Source: an uncultured Actinomycetota bacterium
GTDB taxonomy: Bacteria; Actinomycetota; Actinomycetes; Mycobacteriales; Mycobacteriaceae
Reading direction: 5' to 3'
Assembly (NCBI GenBank): GCA_963716505.1
Contig: CAVQTL010000015.1
Span: 104,982 to 168,981 of the forward strand
Length of the DNA: 64,000 bases
Of the stretch, positions 63,539 through 64,000 are shown piece after piece. The translations under genes were made by a program, and so were the position numbers. The notes under the pieces are model-generated. The model was not told where the DNA came from. It searched no databases and saw only the letters and a list, made by a program, of their open reading frames with translations. Within the stretch, counting starts at the first letter, position 1. The number at the start of each line of letters is the position of its first letter.

Positions 63539-64000
63539 GTGGTCGATGGGCATGGTTCGCCGGCGGACGGGCTTGCGCTGCGCCGCGCCACCACGTCGGA
63601 TGTGCCCGCGATCAAGGCGCTCGTCGACATCTACTCGGGCCGCATCCTGCTGGAGAAGAACCTGGTCACCCTGTACGAGGGGGTCCAGGAGTTCTGGGTC
63701 GCCGAACGTGGCGGCGACCTCATCGGATGCGGGGCCCTGCACGTGCTGTGGGCCGACCTCGGCGAGGTGCGCACGGTGGCCGTGCATCCAAGGGTCAAGG
63801 GCCAGGGTGTCGGGCCACCTTATCGTCGACCGACTGCTCGACGTGGCTCGCGAACTGCACCTGGGACGGATCTTCGTGCTCACCTTCGAGACCGAGTTCT
63901 TCAGCAGGCACGGGTTCGCCGAGATCGAGGGAACGCCGGTCACCGCGGAGGTCTACGAGGAGATGTGCCGCTCCTACGACACCGGTGTCGCCGAGTTCCT
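63539..64000 (+). CDS. argA: Amino-acid N-acetyltransferase (Rv2747-like), partial; +1 frameshift at about 63814
   Basis: RRATTSDVPAI, ILLEKNLVTLYE, GEVRTVAV; IFVLTFET...EMCRSYD.GVAEF continues in the next frame. Confidence 0.88.
   Translation, partial: MVDGHGSPADGLALRRATTSDVPAIKALVDIYSGRILLEKNLVTLYEGVQEFWVAERGGDLIGCGALHVLWADLGEVRTVAVHPRVKGQGVGPPYRRPTARRGSRTAPGTDLRAHLRDRVLQQARVRRDRGNAGHRGGLRGDVPLLRHRCRRVP

Overview
A 64-kb core-chromosome segment from a GC-rich, rapid-grower-type mycobacterium (Mycolicibacterium-like). It is syntenic with M. tuberculosis Rv2701c-Rv2747: suhB, ppgK, sigA, sigB, ideR, sthA, nrdR, chiZ, lexA, fadE20, hflX, dapF, miaA, miaB, recX, recA, ephG, pspM/pspA/clgR, pgsA3 and argA. 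Extra cargo includes a secreted-protein island after sigA, gluABCD, and a complete group 1h (high-affinity, actinobacterial) [NiFe]-hydrogenase cluster (hypAB-hhySL...hypD) transcribed divergently from recA. The standout is recA (39602-43049, minus strand), which carries two full-length LAGLIDADG inteins separated by only 46 extein codons. One is a 364-aa M. leprae-type intein after G205. The other is a 437-aa intein after K251 that closely matches the M. tuberculosis RecA intein, with the Cys+1 it requires. A+T-rich codon tracts flank the first intein. Other points: an inverted pair of REP-like palindromes bracketing nrdR, a 273-bp internal duplication in a secreted-protein gene, and an 11-bp direct repeat around a small Trp/Cys-rich secreted peptide gene. 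About 15 single-base indels, mostly +1, break conserved genes including lexA and recA; these are most likely assembly errors, and I reconstructed the genes by hand across frames. No rRNA, tRNA, CRISPR array, IS or integrase was recognised. Family and ortholog assignments come from motif recognition and synteny, not from database searches.
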